DNA from: Vulcanimicrobiota bacterium
GTDB taxonomy: Bacteria > Vulcanimicrobiota > Vulcanimicrobiia > Eremiobacterales > Eremiobacteraceae
Assembly (NCBI GenBank): GCA_963812135.1
Contig: CAWETU010000001.1
Location: 64,001 to 128,000 of the forward strand
DNA length: 64,000 nucleotides
Reading direction: 5' to 3'
The notes below the pieces were generated by a model that saw only the letters and a program-made list of their open reading frames with translations, ran no database searches and had not been told where the DNA came from. This document shows, piece by piece, positions 1 to 9,486 of the stretch. Both the position numbers and the translations under genes were made by a program. Each line of letters opens with the position of its first letter. Within the stretch, counting starts at the first letter, position 1.

Positions 1-1
1 A

Positions 2-346
2 TCATCCGCGCCGACTCGCCGCTTGCCCGCGGGCAACCATCAGGTGCGCGTGGAGTTCGAATATGACGGCGGCGGACTCGCCAAGGGTGGAAAGGTCACG
101 CTCTTGGTGGACGGCAAGAAGGCCGGCGAGGGCCGTCTCGAGATGACCGTTCCGATGGCCTTCTCCGCCGACGAGACCCTCGACGTCGGCAAGGACACCG
201 GCACGGCCGTCAGCAGCGAGTACACCGTCGAAGACAGCGAGTTCAACGGCAAAGTGCTCGGCGTGCAGCTCGACGCGGGCAAGTCGGATGCGGACCGCTT
301 TATGACCGCCGAGGACCGCTTGCGCATCGCGATGGCGCGTCAGTAG
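2..346 (+). CDS. Arylsulfatase, C-terminal part (5'-truncated by window edge)
   Basis: C-terminal motif 'F.YDGGGLAKGG.VTL.VDG...EGR...TVP..FSADETLDVG.DTGTAVS..Y' typical of long arylsulfatases; FGE and SulP genes nearby. Confidence 0.8.
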   Translation, partial: SSAPTRRLPAGNHQVRVEFEYDGGGLAKGGKVTLLVDGKKAGEGRLEMTVPMAFSADETLDVGKDTGTAVSSEYTVEDSEFNGKVLGVQLDAGKSDADRFMTAEDRLRIAMARQ

Positions 347-364
347 CGCCAGAGCGGGCACGAC

Positions 365-721
365 TTGGAAGCGCTCTTAGTCGCGATCGTCGGCTATGTC
401 GGGCTGGGCCTCAACTATGTCGCGGTTCTTCTCATCGCAACGGGCGGCGTGCAGGCGCTCGTCGGCGCCGGCATCGCTTTGTGGCGGCGCGAGGGCGTGG
501 GCCAGCAGCGACAGGTGTGGTCGAGTTTCGCCCGCTGGCTCGTCCTGGCCCTTGAGTTCGCGCTGGCTGCCGATCTGCTACGTACGATCATCGCCCCCAC
601 GTGGAATGATATCGGTCAGCTCGCCGCGATCGCGGCGATCCGCACGTTCCTCAGCTTCTTCTTGGAGCGCGATATCGAAGCGGCCACCAAGGCGAGCGTT
701 CGATCTACGGCGAGCGGTTAA
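365..721 (+). CDS. DUF1622 family membrane protein
   Basis: Motif 'LVLALEFALAADLLRTIIAPTWNDIGQLAAIAAIRTFLSFFLERDI'. Confidence 0.85.
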   Translation: MEALLVAIVGYVGLGLNYVAVLLIATGGVQALVGAGIALWRREGVGQQRQVWSSFARWLVLALEFALAADLLRTIIAPTWNDIGQLAAIAAIRTFLSFFLERDIEAATKASVRSTASG

Positions 722-731
722 GGCTTCGCGG

Positions 732-1109
732 TCACCGCGAAAACAGCAGCAGCGAGCCGCTGATCGCCCCGAGCAGGATGATTCCGCTCAGGATCCACAT
801 GGCGACGATATTCGGCCGGTATGTTTGCGCTTCGATTTCGCCATTCATCTGCGAGAAGCGCACGATCCCATAGACGAGCAGGACCAGCCCGATTACCACC
901 ATGCCGATGCCGAGCTGCTCAGCGCCGACGAGCGTCGTGCGCACTCCGCCCCCTGTGGGAATCGTGTTTTTCTCGAGCAGGTACAACGAGAAGCGGTTGA
1001 TGGAGATGCCGATCGAGAGCAGCGACAGCGACGTGCGCAGGTAAGCCAGAAACGTGCGCTCGTTGGCCAGATGATCGCGGATGTGCGGGTCCGTCTGCGC
1101 CGAGCTCAC
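732..1109 (-). CDS. DUF202/YidH family membrane protein
   Basis: 'RDHLANERTFLAYLRTSLS' signature; GTG start at 1109 overlaps the FGE stop (GTGA). Confidence 0.85.
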   Translation of the reverse strand: MSSAQTDPHIRDHLANERTFLAYLRTSLSLLSIGISINRFSLYLLEKNTIPTGGGVRTTLVGAEQLGIGMVVIGLVLLVYGIVRFSQMNGEIEAQTYRPNIVAMWILSGIILLGAISGSLLLFSR

Positions 1110-2086
1110 GCGCTCACCGGACGGACGATGCAGCGAAAGCCGACGTGGCACGTGCCGGTGTCGATCGGCTGCGCGATGCGAGCGGCCGGCCGGTAGCGAA
1201 GACAATAATTCGGCGCGCACAAGAACGAGCCGCCCTTGAGCACTTTGCGCGGGATGCGGATCTGCGTGTCGCGCGGATCGATGCTCTGCTCTTGCTCGCC
1301 GCCGCGCGGGTTCTTGAACGAGGCGCTGCAGCATGCGGAAGCGACCGCGTCCGAGTGTTTTTGGAACCAGTCTGTGGTCCACTGCCAGACGTTGCCTGCC
1401 ATGTCATACAAGCCGTAACCGTTCGGAGCGAATGAGCCGACCGGCGCGGTGCGCTCGAATCCATCCTGCAGCAGGTTCTCAAGCGGGAAGTTGCCTTGCC
1501 ATGTGTTGGCCATCAGGTTGCCACCCGGCGCGAACTCGTCGCCCCACGCGAAGGTCTTGCCCTCAAGCCCGCCGCGCGCCGCGAACTCCCACTCGGCCTC
1601 CGTCGGCAATTCCTTGCCGGCCCACGCCGCGTACGCTTGCACGTCTTCCCACGCGACGTGGACGACCGGATGATCCTGACGCGCTTCGATCGAGCTGTTC
1701 GGTCCTTCAGGATGGCGCCAATCCGCACCAAGCACGTACGTCCACCAATTGTAATGATTGCGCAGGTCGACGGGTCCGTCGGGTCGGGCGAACACCACCG
1801 AGCCGGGATTTGCCAAGAGTTCAGGCAACCCACCGGGATAGTCCGCCGGATCGGGCAGCTTCTCCACGAGCGTCACGTGGCCGGTCGCATCGACGAATTT
1901 TCGAAAATCTGCGTTGGTCACCGTGTGGCGGTCAATCCAAAAACCGTTGACGGAGGCCTCGTGGATCGGCGCCTCTTCAGGATAGAACTTGTCCGAACCC
2001 ATGCGGAACGTTCCGCCCGGGATCCACGCCATATCCGGATGCGGCGGCTCATGGGAGGTTGGGATCGGACTCGTGGTAGCACTCAT
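1106..2086 (-). CDS. Formylglycine-generating enzyme (SUMF1/FGE-sulfatase family)
   Basis: 'LPTEAEWEFAARGG', 'NGYGLYDMAGNVWQW' and catalytic 'KGGSFLCAPNYCLRYRPAAR'; AAGGA RBS before the ATG at 2086. Confidence 0.92.
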   Translation of the reverse strand: MSATTSPIPTSHEPPHPDMAWIPGGTFRMGSDKFYPEEAPIHEASVNGFWIDRHTVTNADFRKFVDATGHVTLVEKLPDPADYPGGLPELLANPGSVVFARPDGPVDLRNHYNWWTYVLGADWRHPEGPNSSIEARQDHPVVHVAWEDVQAYAAWAGKELPTEAEWEFAARGGLEGKTFAWGDEFAPGGNLMANTWQGNFPLENLLQDGFERTAPVGSFAPNGYGLYDMAGNVWQWTTDWFQKHSDAVASACCSASFKNPRGGEQEQSIDPRDTQIRIPRKVLKGGSFLCAPNYCLRYRPAARIAQPIDTGTCHVGFRCIVRPVSA

Positions 2087-2198
2087 TCGGATTGGTCCTT
2101 CAATGATTTCACAGAGGCGGCGGTTTCGCCGTGGGCACCGCTGCTCACTGCTCAGAGAGGGGGCAGACTGCAGATGAATGCCGTAACGCGCTAATAAT

Positions 2199-3884
2199 AT
2201 GTACGCCGACGAGCGCAAACGTCCACTGGCTTCGATTTTTCCGCCATTGCGCTGGATTCCCGGTTATCAAACGAGCTGGATCAAGCCTGACGTCATCGCG
2301 GGCATCTCGCTCGCGGCGTATGCGTTGCCCGTCTCGATGGCGTATGCATCGCTTGCTGGCCTGCCGCCGCAATCGGGCATCTATTGCTACCTGATCGGCG
2401 GGCTGTGCTACGCGCTTTTCGGCACGTCGCGCCAACTGGCGGTCGGACCGACATCTGCCATCTCGCTCTTGATAGGATTCAGCGCCGCACAACTCGTGGG
2501 CGGCGACCCGTCGCGTCAGCTGGCGATCGCGGCTTTGACCGCGCTGATGGTGGCCGCGATGAGCGTCATCGCGTGGCTCTTCCGCTTAAGCACGCTGGTG
2601 AACTTTATCAGCGATACCGTGCTGCTCGGTTTCAAAGCCGGCGCCGGCATCACCATCGCGATGACGCAGCTGCCGAAGCTCCTCGGCGTTCCAGGCGGCG
2701 GCAAGTTCGTCTTCCAGACCGCGTGGGCCGTCATCACCCAGCTCCCCCAGACCAATCTGATCACGCTGGCCTGCGGCCTTGTCGCGCTCGGGCTCCTGAT
2801 CGCGGGCAGCCGTCTGCTGCCGGGCCGCCCGGTCGTCTTGTTCGTCGTCATCATCGCCATCATCGTTGCGAGCACGACGCCCTTGGGGCATCTCCTCAAG
2901 ACGATCGGTGAAGTGCCGCGCGGATTGCCGGCGTTCGGGCTGCCTGCCTTCAACTTCAGCGATGTGTATGCCGACGTGCCGATCGCGCTCGCGTGCTTCT
3001 TGCTCGCATACATCGAGGGCGTGTCGACTGCTCGCACGCTGGCCCGCCAGAACGGCTATGACATCGACGCGCGCCAGGAATTGCTCGGCCTCGGAGCGGC
3101 CAACCTCGGCGTCGCGTTCGCCGGCGGATATCCGGTCGCCGGCGGCCTGTCGCAATCGGCCGTCAACGACAAGGCCGGCGCGAAGACGCCGCTCGCCCTG
3201 GTGTTCGCTTCGATCGCGATCGCCGTCTGTCTCCTTTTCCTCACGCCGCTGCTCCGAAATCTGCCGGTCGTCGTGCTCGCGGCAATCGTGCTGTTCGCGG
3301 TCGGCGGCTTGCTCAACGTGACGGAGTTACGGCGCCTGCGATCCATCAGCCCCGTCGAGTTCTGGCTCGCGATGGTGTCGCTGGCCGGCGTCTTGCTGTT
3401 GGGCATTCTCGAAGGCGTGCTGATCGCGGCCGCGCTCTCGCTGCTCGTGGTCATCGCGAGCGCCGCTCGGCCGTACGTCGCGTTTCTCGGGCGCATTCCC
3501 GGAACGCGGCGTTACTCGGATCTGGAGCGGCATCCCGGCAACGAATCGATTCCCGGCTTGCTCGTGTTCCGGCCGGCAGGCGCGATCGTGTACTTCAACG
3601 CCGATCACGTGCTTGCGCAAGTGGTCGAACAGGCGCGATCCGTCCCCAGCCTGCGGCTCGTCATCGCCGATCTTTCGGCCGTCCCCGCGATCGACATCGC
3701 CGGCGCGACGATGCTCGCCACCATGGAGAGCGAAGTCGAGACGTTGGGCGCACGCCTCCGTGTCGCCGAACCACGCGCGCGCGTGCGCGATCTGTTGCGG
3801 CGGGCGGGGCTTGAGGAGAAACTCGGAGGTTTCAGCCGGCGCGCGTCGCTCGACGACGCCGTCGCCGAATTCGAAGCCGGCTAG
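2199..3884 (+). CDS. SulP family inorganic anion (sulfate) transporter with STAS domain
   Basis: 'PVSMAYASLAGLPP..GIY', 'FGTSRQLAVGPTS', multiple TM segments, C-terminal STAS ('IVYFNA...DLSAVPAID'). Confidence 0.92.
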   Translation: MYADERKRPLASIFPPLRWIPGYQTSWIKPDVIAGISLAAYALPVSMAYASLAGLPPQSGIYCYLIGGLCYALFGTSRQLAVGPTSAISLLIGFSAAQLVGGDPSRQLAIAALTALMVAAMSVIAWLFRLSTLVNFISDTVLLGFKAGAGITIAMTQLPKLLGVPGGGKFVFQTAWAVITQLPQTNLITLACGLVALGLLIAGSRLLPGRPVVLFVVIIAIIVASTTPLGHLLKTIGEVPRGLPAFGLPAFNFSDVYADVPIALACFLLAYIEGVSTARTLARQNGYDIDARQELLGLGAANLGVAFAGGYPVAGGLSQSAVNDKAGAKTPLALVFASIAIAVCLLFLTPLLRNLPVVVLAAIVLFAVGGLLNVTELRRLRSISPVEFWLAMVSLAGVLLLGILEGVLIAAALSLLVVIASAARPYVAFLGRIPGTRRYSDLERHPGNESIPGLLVFRPAGAIVYFNADHVLAQVVEQARSVPSLRLVIADLSAVPAIDIAGATMLATMESEVETLGARLRVAEPRARVRDLLRRAGLEEKLGGFSRRASLDDAVAEFEAG

Positions 3885-3998
3885 CGTTCACATTTTGGCA
3901 ATACTCTGACCCTGGCGGGTTCATAAGCCCGGCGTAGCCTCGTGTCTCCAACCGGCGCGTGCCGTTCGAAGCGCCGGTCACCGACGGAGACACTCCAC

Positions 3999-4637
3999 AT
4001 GCAGCTCCCCAACGCCCTTATCAGCGCCGCCGCCGGCATGCGCGCGCAGGCGTCGCGTCTTGATACCATCGCCGAGAACCTCGCGAATGCGGAGACGCCT
4101 GGGTTTCGGTCGCACGACTTGGTCGCGTTGGGATTCGGCGACGAAATGCGCACCGCATCGCGTGCCTCTTCGGCGCAGGGGCCGCTGCGCCGCACCGACG
4201 TGCCCACGGACCTCGCGCTTGTCGGCCCGGGTTTTTTCGCGGTCGCTGGAGCCAACGGCGTGGAGTACACGCGCGACGGCCGCATGTCGCTCGATGCCGA
4301 AGGCTTTTTGTGTGACGTGCGCGGCCGGCATGTGCTCGGATCGCTCGGCGCAGTGCGGTTGCCGCGCGGCGCGCTCATCCATTCTGACGGGCGCGTCTTC
4401 TCGAACGGTCACGCCGTCGACCGTTTGCGCATCGTCGATTTCGACGGCGACCGCGTCAGGCGTGCGAGCGCAGCGGTGCGCTCCGGCTACCTTGAGGAAT
4501 CGGGCGTCGACCCTATCTCTGAGATGACGTCGATGGTCGCAGCCGAGCGCGCGTTCGAGGCGAACCAGAAGGCCGCGCAGCAGACCGATGACGCCCTCAA
4601 ACGCGCCGTCATCGAGTTGCCGGCGGTACGGCCATGA
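3999..4637 (+). CDS. flgF: Flagellar basal-body rod protein, FlgF/FlgG family
   Basis: 'LDTIAENLANAETPGF', 'DLALVGPGFF', 'YTRDG', 'GYLEES.VDPISEMTSMV.A.RAFEANQK'. Confidence 0.75.
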   Translation: MQLPNALISAAAGMRAQASRLDTIAENLANAETPGFRSHDLVALGFGDEMRTASRASSAQGPLRRTDVPTDLALVGPGFFAVAGANGVEYTRDGRMSLDAEGFLCDVRGRHVLGSLGAVRLPRGALIHSDGRVFSNGHAVDRLRIVDFDGDRVRRASAAVRSGYLEESGVDPISEMTSMVAAERAFEANQKAAQQTDDALKRAVIELPAVRP

Positions 4638-5368
4638 ACCGCGCTCTGGTTGCGGGCGCGTCGGGCATGGCCGCTCAGCAGAACGTCCTCGATATCATCG
4701 CCGCCAATCTGTCCAATGTCGACACGCCGGGCTTCCGCGCAGACCGCCCGGAGTTCGCGTCGCTCGTCGCCCCGGATGGCTCGAGCATGGGCGCGCAAAC
4801 GCGGCGATCTGTGCGCCTCTTCTCGCAAGGCAAGCTCGACGCCACCAACAACGATTTCGACCTTGCGATCGACGGCGCCGGGCTGTTCGAGGTCCAGACC
4901 GCGTCTGGAGCTCTCGCGTACACACGCGCAGGCAATTTCACGCCCGACGCAAGCGGCGCGCTGCGTTTGCCAAATGGGGCGGCGCTGGCTCGAGTGCGTC
5001 TTCCTTCGGGCTCGCTCGGCGTCACCGTCGACGATCGCGGCGTCGTGCGCGCTCACGTCGGCGGCAAAACGCAGCCGGTCGAGCTCGGACGCGTCACATT
5101 GTGCACGTTTGCGAACGAGGCCGGGTTGCGTCTCGGCGCGGACGGATTGTTCTACGCCTCTCCGGCAAGCGGCGCGGTCGTCCGCGGCGCGCCCGACGGC
5201 GGCGGACTCGGCAAGCTCAAACAGCGCTGCTTGGAACGCGCGAACATCAACGTCGTCTCCGCGATGATGTCGGTGCTCGCCGCCCAGCGCGCCTATGAGG
5301 CGAGCGCGAAAAGCGTCCAGGCCGCCGACGAGATGCTGCGGCTTGCGAACAACCTCGAGCGCGGGTGA
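4634..5368 (+). CDS. flgG: Flagellar basal-body rod protein FlgG
   Basis: 'DIIAANLSNVDTPGF', 'DLAIDGAGLFEV', 'YTRAGNF', 'LERANINVV..M...AQRAYE...KSVQAADEML'. Confidence 0.82.
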   Translation: MNRALVAGASGMAAQQNVLDIIAANLSNVDTPGFRADRPEFASLVAPDGSSMGAQTRRSVRLFSQGKLDATNNDFDLAIDGAGLFEVQTASGALAYTRAGNFTPDASGALRLPNGAALARVRLPSGSLGVTVDDRGVVRAHVGGKTQPVELGRVTLCTFANEAGLRLGADGLFYASPASGAVVRGAPDGGGLGKLKQRCLERANINVVSAMMSVLAAQRAYEASAKSVQAADEMLRLANNLERG

Positions 5369-5625
5369 TCGCGATGCAGCCGGACGTGCGCGACGCGTGC
5401 ATCCAGTTCGAGGCGATCATGCTTCATCCGCTGCTCGAGACCATGCGCCTGGGCCGGACCTCGCATGTGACGACCGAGCAAGACGGTGAAGACGATGGCG
5501 CAGCCGGCTCCAACGACATCGTGCAGTCGATGTTCACCGACGCACTCGCGCTCGCACTGGCGCGCGCCGGCGGACTCGGCCTCGGCCGCGAACTCGCTCG
5601 CGTCGTCTCACCACGCCGCACATGA
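5365..5625 (+). CDS. FlgJ-like rod-binding protein (rod-cap domain only)
   Basis: 'RDACIQFEAIML..LL.TMR ... SMFTDALA..LA..GGLGL..EL' matches the FlgJ N-terminal rod-binding pattern; follows flgG. Confidence 0.7.
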   Translation: MIAMQPDVRDACIQFEAIMLHPLLETMRLGRTSHVTTEQDGEDDGAAGSNDIVQSMFTDALALALARAGGLGLGRELARVVSPRRT

Positions 5626-6386
5626 TCGCCTTTCCATGCACGTCGTTGGACGGTCTTGCGGCCGCGTTCGCGGTCACTCGCGCGCGATCCGATCGAGATC
5701 GCTTATGCGAAGCGGCGATGCCGCTCGTGCGCCGCATCGCGACAGTAGTGCGCCGACGTCTGCCGTCGCACTTCAGCGCCGACGATCTCATCGGGGACGG
5801 CTGCATCGGGCTGTTGCGGGCGATCGACCGTTTCGATCCGGCCTTCGGCGTGACGTTCGAATCGTGGGCCGGTAGGATCGTGCGCGGCGCGATGCTCAAC
5901 GGGTTGCGCCGCATGGACGCCATACCCGAGCGCGTCCGCCGCGATGCGCGAGCGCTTGATGAGGCTCGCTGGATCGTCGCGCAGCGCACCGGTCGCTCGG
6001 CGAGCGAACGCGACGCAGCCGAAACAGCGCGCCTCAGCGTCACGAAGGTGGCCGCGGTGCGTCGCGCCGGCAATCACGCGGCGCTTTCCATCGATGGCCC
6101 GTCTGCCGGCGAACACAGCTCGCCGATCGCCGAACGGCTCGTGTCGTCGCAACGCGACCCCGCAGCGCTGGCCGCGGAGCGCGCGCTGCGCGCGATGGTC
6201 GCTCGCGCGGTGACCGAGCTCCCGCGGCGCGAGCAAGTGATCGTCTTATCGTTTTACTGCCGGGGAGCGACGTTCGGGGAGATCGGTCGCACGCTCGGCG
6301 TCAGCAAGCAACGCGTCTCGCAACTGCACGGGCGCGCGCTGAACGTCTTGCGCGCCAAACTCAAACCGCTCGAAAGCGATCTGTGA
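5622..6386 (+). CDS. fliA: RNA polymerase sigma-28 factor, FliA/WhiG family
   Basis: Region 2 'DDLIGDGCIGLLRAIDRFDP..GVTFESWA..IVRGAML..LRR.D' and region 4 'TFGEIG.TLGVSKQRVSQLH'. Confidence 0.8.
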   Translation: MIAFPCTSLDGLAAAFAVTRARSDRDRLCEAAMPLVRRIATVVRRRLPSHFSADDLIGDGCIGLLRAIDRFDPAFGVTFESWAGRIVRGAMLNGLRRMDAIPERVRRDARALDEARWIVAQRTGRSASERDAAETARLSVTKVAAVRRAGNHAALSIDGPSAGEHSSPIAERLVSSQRDPAALAAERALRAMVARAVTELPRREQVIVLSFYCRGATFGEIGRTLGVSKQRVSQLHGRALNVLRAKLKPLESDL

Positions 6387-6676
6387 CCATCGCCCGGCCG
6401 CGGGTCACCGCGCAGCCCGCGACCGTCGCCGCCAAATCGGCGACGCAACTCGAAGCCGCAGAGTGCCTCGATCTCGTCGATGGTCTCGATCTGTCCACGC
6501 TGCGCGGCGGGCGGGCGCTGACGCGCGACATCATCGCGCTGAGCACGCGCGCGCAATCATTGATTCGCGCGGGGCTCGCTGTCAAGGCATTCATCGTGGA
6601 AGGATTGGTCAACTCGTACCGCACGCTTACGCTTGGCGCGCGGACGATCGTGCTCGAGTTCGGGGTCTACCGCTAG
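6383..6676 (+). CDS. Hypothetical protein, last gene of the flagellar mini-operon
   Basis: GTG start overlaps the sigma-factor stop (GTGA); fills the gap up to convergent divIVA; no recognised motif. Confidence 0.45.
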   Translation: MTIARPRVTAQPATVAAKSATQLEAAECLDLVDGLDLSTLRGGRALTRDIIALSTRAQSLIRAGLAVKAFIVEGLVNSYRTLTLGARTIVLEFGVYR

Positions 6677-7197
6677 GTCGACTCGCGAAATGCGATCTCG
6701 TGCGCCGGTTCGTCCGGCATCGGCAAGGCGGGCGCTGCGGCGACCTCTTGCACGACGCCCGAGTCTTCAAGCATCGAGGCCTGTCGGGCCAAGAACGAGC
6801 GCAGATCCTGCTTGACCGCCGCGACGTGATCGTTCTGGCGTTGCAGCTCGCGCCGTGCGTCGGCGATGCGCGCGCGCAGCTCGGAAAGCTCGTGGTCCAG
6901 CTCGAGTTTGGCGCTCTGCTTGACCAGGTCGGCTTCCTTATGCGCGGACGCTTTGACCTCGTCGGCGGTGCGCTGCGCGAGGACGAGCGCGCTTTGCAAG
7001 CTCTCCTCCATCGCTTTGTAGTGCGCGACCTTCTCTTGGAGCTCGCCGACGCGCGCCTCGAGCTTCCCGCGCTCGTCGATCTCGATCTCCAACGTCTCGA
7101 TGACCTCATCGAGGAACGTGTCGACCTCCTCGCGCGCGTAGCCCTGCAGCGTCTTGCGGAACTGCTTGTGCTGGATGTCGACCGGCGTGATCTTCAT
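6673..7197 (-). CDS. divIVA: DivIVA domain cell-division protein
   Basis: 'ITPVDIQHKQFRKTLQGYAREEVDTFLDEV' followed by coiled coil. Confidence 0.92.
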   Translation of the reverse strand: MKITPVDIQHKQFRKTLQGYAREEVDTFLDEVIETLEIEIDERGKLEARVGELQEKVAHYKAMEESLQSALVLAQRTADEVKASAHKEADLVKQSAKLELDHELSELRARIADARRELQRQNDHVAAVKQDLRSFLARQASMLEDSGVVQEVAAAPALPMPDEPAHEIAFREST

Positions 7198-7212
7198 GGC
7201 GTGACCTTTCGC

Positions 7213-7614
7213 CTACCAGGCCTCGTACGAGCCGGCGACCGACATCTCGGGTTCTTTCGAGTTGATCTGCACGTTGCTCGGCACGAACAAGAAGATTCCC
7301 TCGGAGAGGCGCTGCATCTTGCCGTCGAGCGTGTAGACGACGCCGCTCAAGAAGTCGATGACGCGTTGCGACAGCGCGCGATCGGCTCCCACCAGGTTGA
7401 CGACGACGAGCAAGCGAGCGCGCAGGTTGTCTGCGATGTCCGTGACCTCCTCGTACTGCCTGGGATGGAAGACGGACACGCCGACCTTGCGCCCCGCGCG
7501 CCCATCGGTGATGGGCACGACTTTGGGCTTGCCTTCGTCGTCGAACAGGTCTTCGTCATACTCGTCGGAGTCCCTGAACCCCATCGAGTTGACGATGCTC
7601 GACCATACACCCAT
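7213..7614 (-). CDS. sepF: Cell division protein SepF
   Basis: 'P..YEEV..IADNL....VVVNL......QRVIDFLSGVVYTLDG.MQR....IFLFVPSNVQI'; start reassigned to the ATG at 7614. Confidence 0.92.
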   Translation of the reverse strand: MGVWSSIVNSMGFRDSDEYDEDLFDDEGKPKVVPITDGRAGRKVGVSVFHPRQYEEVTDIADNLRARLLVVVNLVGADRALSQRVIDFLSGVVYTLDGKMQRLSEGIFLFVPSNVQINSKEPEMSVAGSYEAW

Positions 7615-7616
7615 GA

Positions 7617-8339
7617 TTATTCTACCTTGCCTTTCGCGGGGCGCGGCCCGAATAGCGCGGTGCCGATACGCACCATCGTCGAGCCGGCTGCGATCGCCGC
7701 TTCGAGATCGCCGGACATCCCCATGGAAAGAAGATCGGCGCTCGCGTGCTCGCGCGCCAGCGTTCGATACGCGTCGGCCGCGCGCCCGAACGCCGCCGCC
7801 GATCCGTCCGCTTGCTGTGGACCGACCGCCATCACGCCGCGCACGCGCAGGTTGGGCATCGCTGCGAGCTCGCGTCCGAGCTGCGCGCACGATTCGGGTG
7901 CGACGCCGTTGCGGTCGTCGTCAGCGACGTTGACTTGGATGAGGACATCAAGCGTCTTGCCTGCGTCTCGCGCGCCGCGGTCAAGCGCTTGGCCGATCTC
8001 GGCGCTGTCGACCGTCTGCACGACGTCGAAGAGGCTCGCGATCTTGCGTGCCTTGTTGCGCTGGACGCGTCCGATGAAATGGCGGGTGGAGCGTGTAGGC
8101 CATACGACGCTCGCGAATTTCGCCTGCGCTTCTTGGAGGTAGTTCTCGCCGATATCCGCGATGTTCGCGTTGATAGCCGCCTCGATCGCCTCCGGCCCGA
8201 AGCCTTTGGTGACTGCGAGGACGTGGACTGCTTCCGCGTCCCTGCTGGCGAGTGCGCACGCCCGTTCGATTCGCTTGCGCAGCTCCGCGAGCGCGCTCGC
8301 GACATCCCGAACCGGCGAACCGGCTTCGGCACCACTCAC
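7617..8339 (-). CDS. yggS: PLP homeostasis protein YggS
   Basis: 'LAVTK', 'IGENYLQEA', 'HFIGRVQRNK', 'LSMGMSGD...AIAAGSTMVRIGTALFG'; start uncertain (8339 or 8357). Confidence 0.92.
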   Translation of the reverse strand: MSGAEAGSPVRDVASALAELRKRIERACALASRDAEAVHVLAVTKGFGPEAIEAAINANIADIGENYLQEAQAKFASVVWPTRSTRHFIGRVQRNKARKIASLFDVVQTVDSAEIGQALDRGARDAGKTLDVLIQVNVADDDRNGVAPESCAQLGRELAAMPNLRVRGVMAVGPQQADGSAAAFGRAADAYRTLAREHASADLLSMGMSGDLEAAIAAGSTMVRIGTALFGPRPAKGKVE

Positions 8340-8369
8340 ACGTTCGATTCGTTCCAAGGTGCGGACCGC

Positions 8370-9486
8370 TTATCCTTCGGGTTGCGGCTCGCGCAGGGAG
8401 CGCCAACGTGGCGTCGCGCCACGCGTCAAAGCGCTGCTCGAGGATCGCCGCTCGCGCCGCCGCGCCGAGTCGCGTCATCATCCAAACGTTGTGCAGACTC
8501 ACGAGGCGAGGTCCGAGCATCTCATTCGCGCGGAAACAATGCGCGAGGTATGCGCGCGTGAACTGCGTGCACGCAGGGCACGCGCACGACGGGTCCAGCG
8601 GGGTGAAGTCGTCCGTAAACCGGGCGTTGCGCAGGTTCAGTCTGCCGTGCATCGTCAGCGCGAGCGCATGGCGCGCGCAGCGGGTCGGGTAGACGCAATC
8701 GAACATGTCCACGCCGCGCCCGACGCACGCCAAAAGATCCTCGGGCGTCCCGACGCCCATGAGATAGCGCGGCTTGCCTGCAGGCAACGTCGCGCACGAT
8801 GCCTCCGTCATCGCGAGACTCAGCGCTTTCGACTCCCCGACCCACAGCCCGCCGATCGCGTAACCGGGAAAGTCGAGTGCCGCGAGCGCGGCGGCGTTCT
8901 GGCGGCGCACGGGTTCGAACGTCGAGCCTTGCACGATCGCGAAGGTCAGCTGATCAGCGCGGCGCTTTGCGGCCAACGCGCGCTCCGCCCAGCCCAAGGT
9001 GCGTTCTGCGGCTTGGCGGGCGCGCGCCTCGTCCACGTCCGCCGGTGCGACGTCGTCGAGCACCATAGCGATGTCGCTGCCGAGCCGCTCTTGCAGCTCG
9101 ACGACGTTTTCCGGCGTGAACGTGTGCCTAGTCCCATCGAGATGCGATGCGAAATGATAGCCCTCGTCGTCGACCGACGCGAGCTTGGCTAGTGAGAACA
9201 TCTGGAAGCCACCGCTGTCGGTGAGGATCGCCCCTGGCCAGCTCATGAACTTATGCAATCCGCCGGCGCGCTCGATGACCTCCGCTCCGGGGCGTAGATA
9301 AAGATGATACGCGTTCGCCAGCACGATGTTCGCGCCGCAGGTTCGCAGCTCGTCGGGCGTGAGCCCTTTCACGCTCGCTTGCGTGCCGACCGGCATGAAC
9401 ACCGGAGTGGCGATGTCCCCATGCGGGGTGTGTAGAGTGCCGGCGCGCGCCGCGCCGTCGGATGCCTCGAGCGTGAATGCGCTCAC
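8370..9486 (-). CDS. tgt: tRNA-guanine transglycosylase (apparent +1 indel near the 3' end, about 8397)
   Basis: 'TPVFMPVGT', 'LTDSGGFQ', 'KPRYLMGVG', 'DMFDCV.PTR', CxCxxC. Removing one C from CTCCCTGCG gives ...LLREPQPEG* ending at 8370, just before yggS. Confidence 0.92.

Noticed and set aside
6463..8142. 559-aa plus-strand ORF, and similar long ORFs at 18901-20463, 20630-22411 and 52440-54050
   Set aside because: These are antisense shadows of well-supported genes, expected in high-GC DNA, with no recognisable motifs.
7981..8369. Apparent 130-aa C-terminal extension of Tgt overlapping yggS
   Set aside because: Removing one base near 8397 gives a normal-length Tgt that stops at 8370; the extension is low-complexity off-frame sequence.
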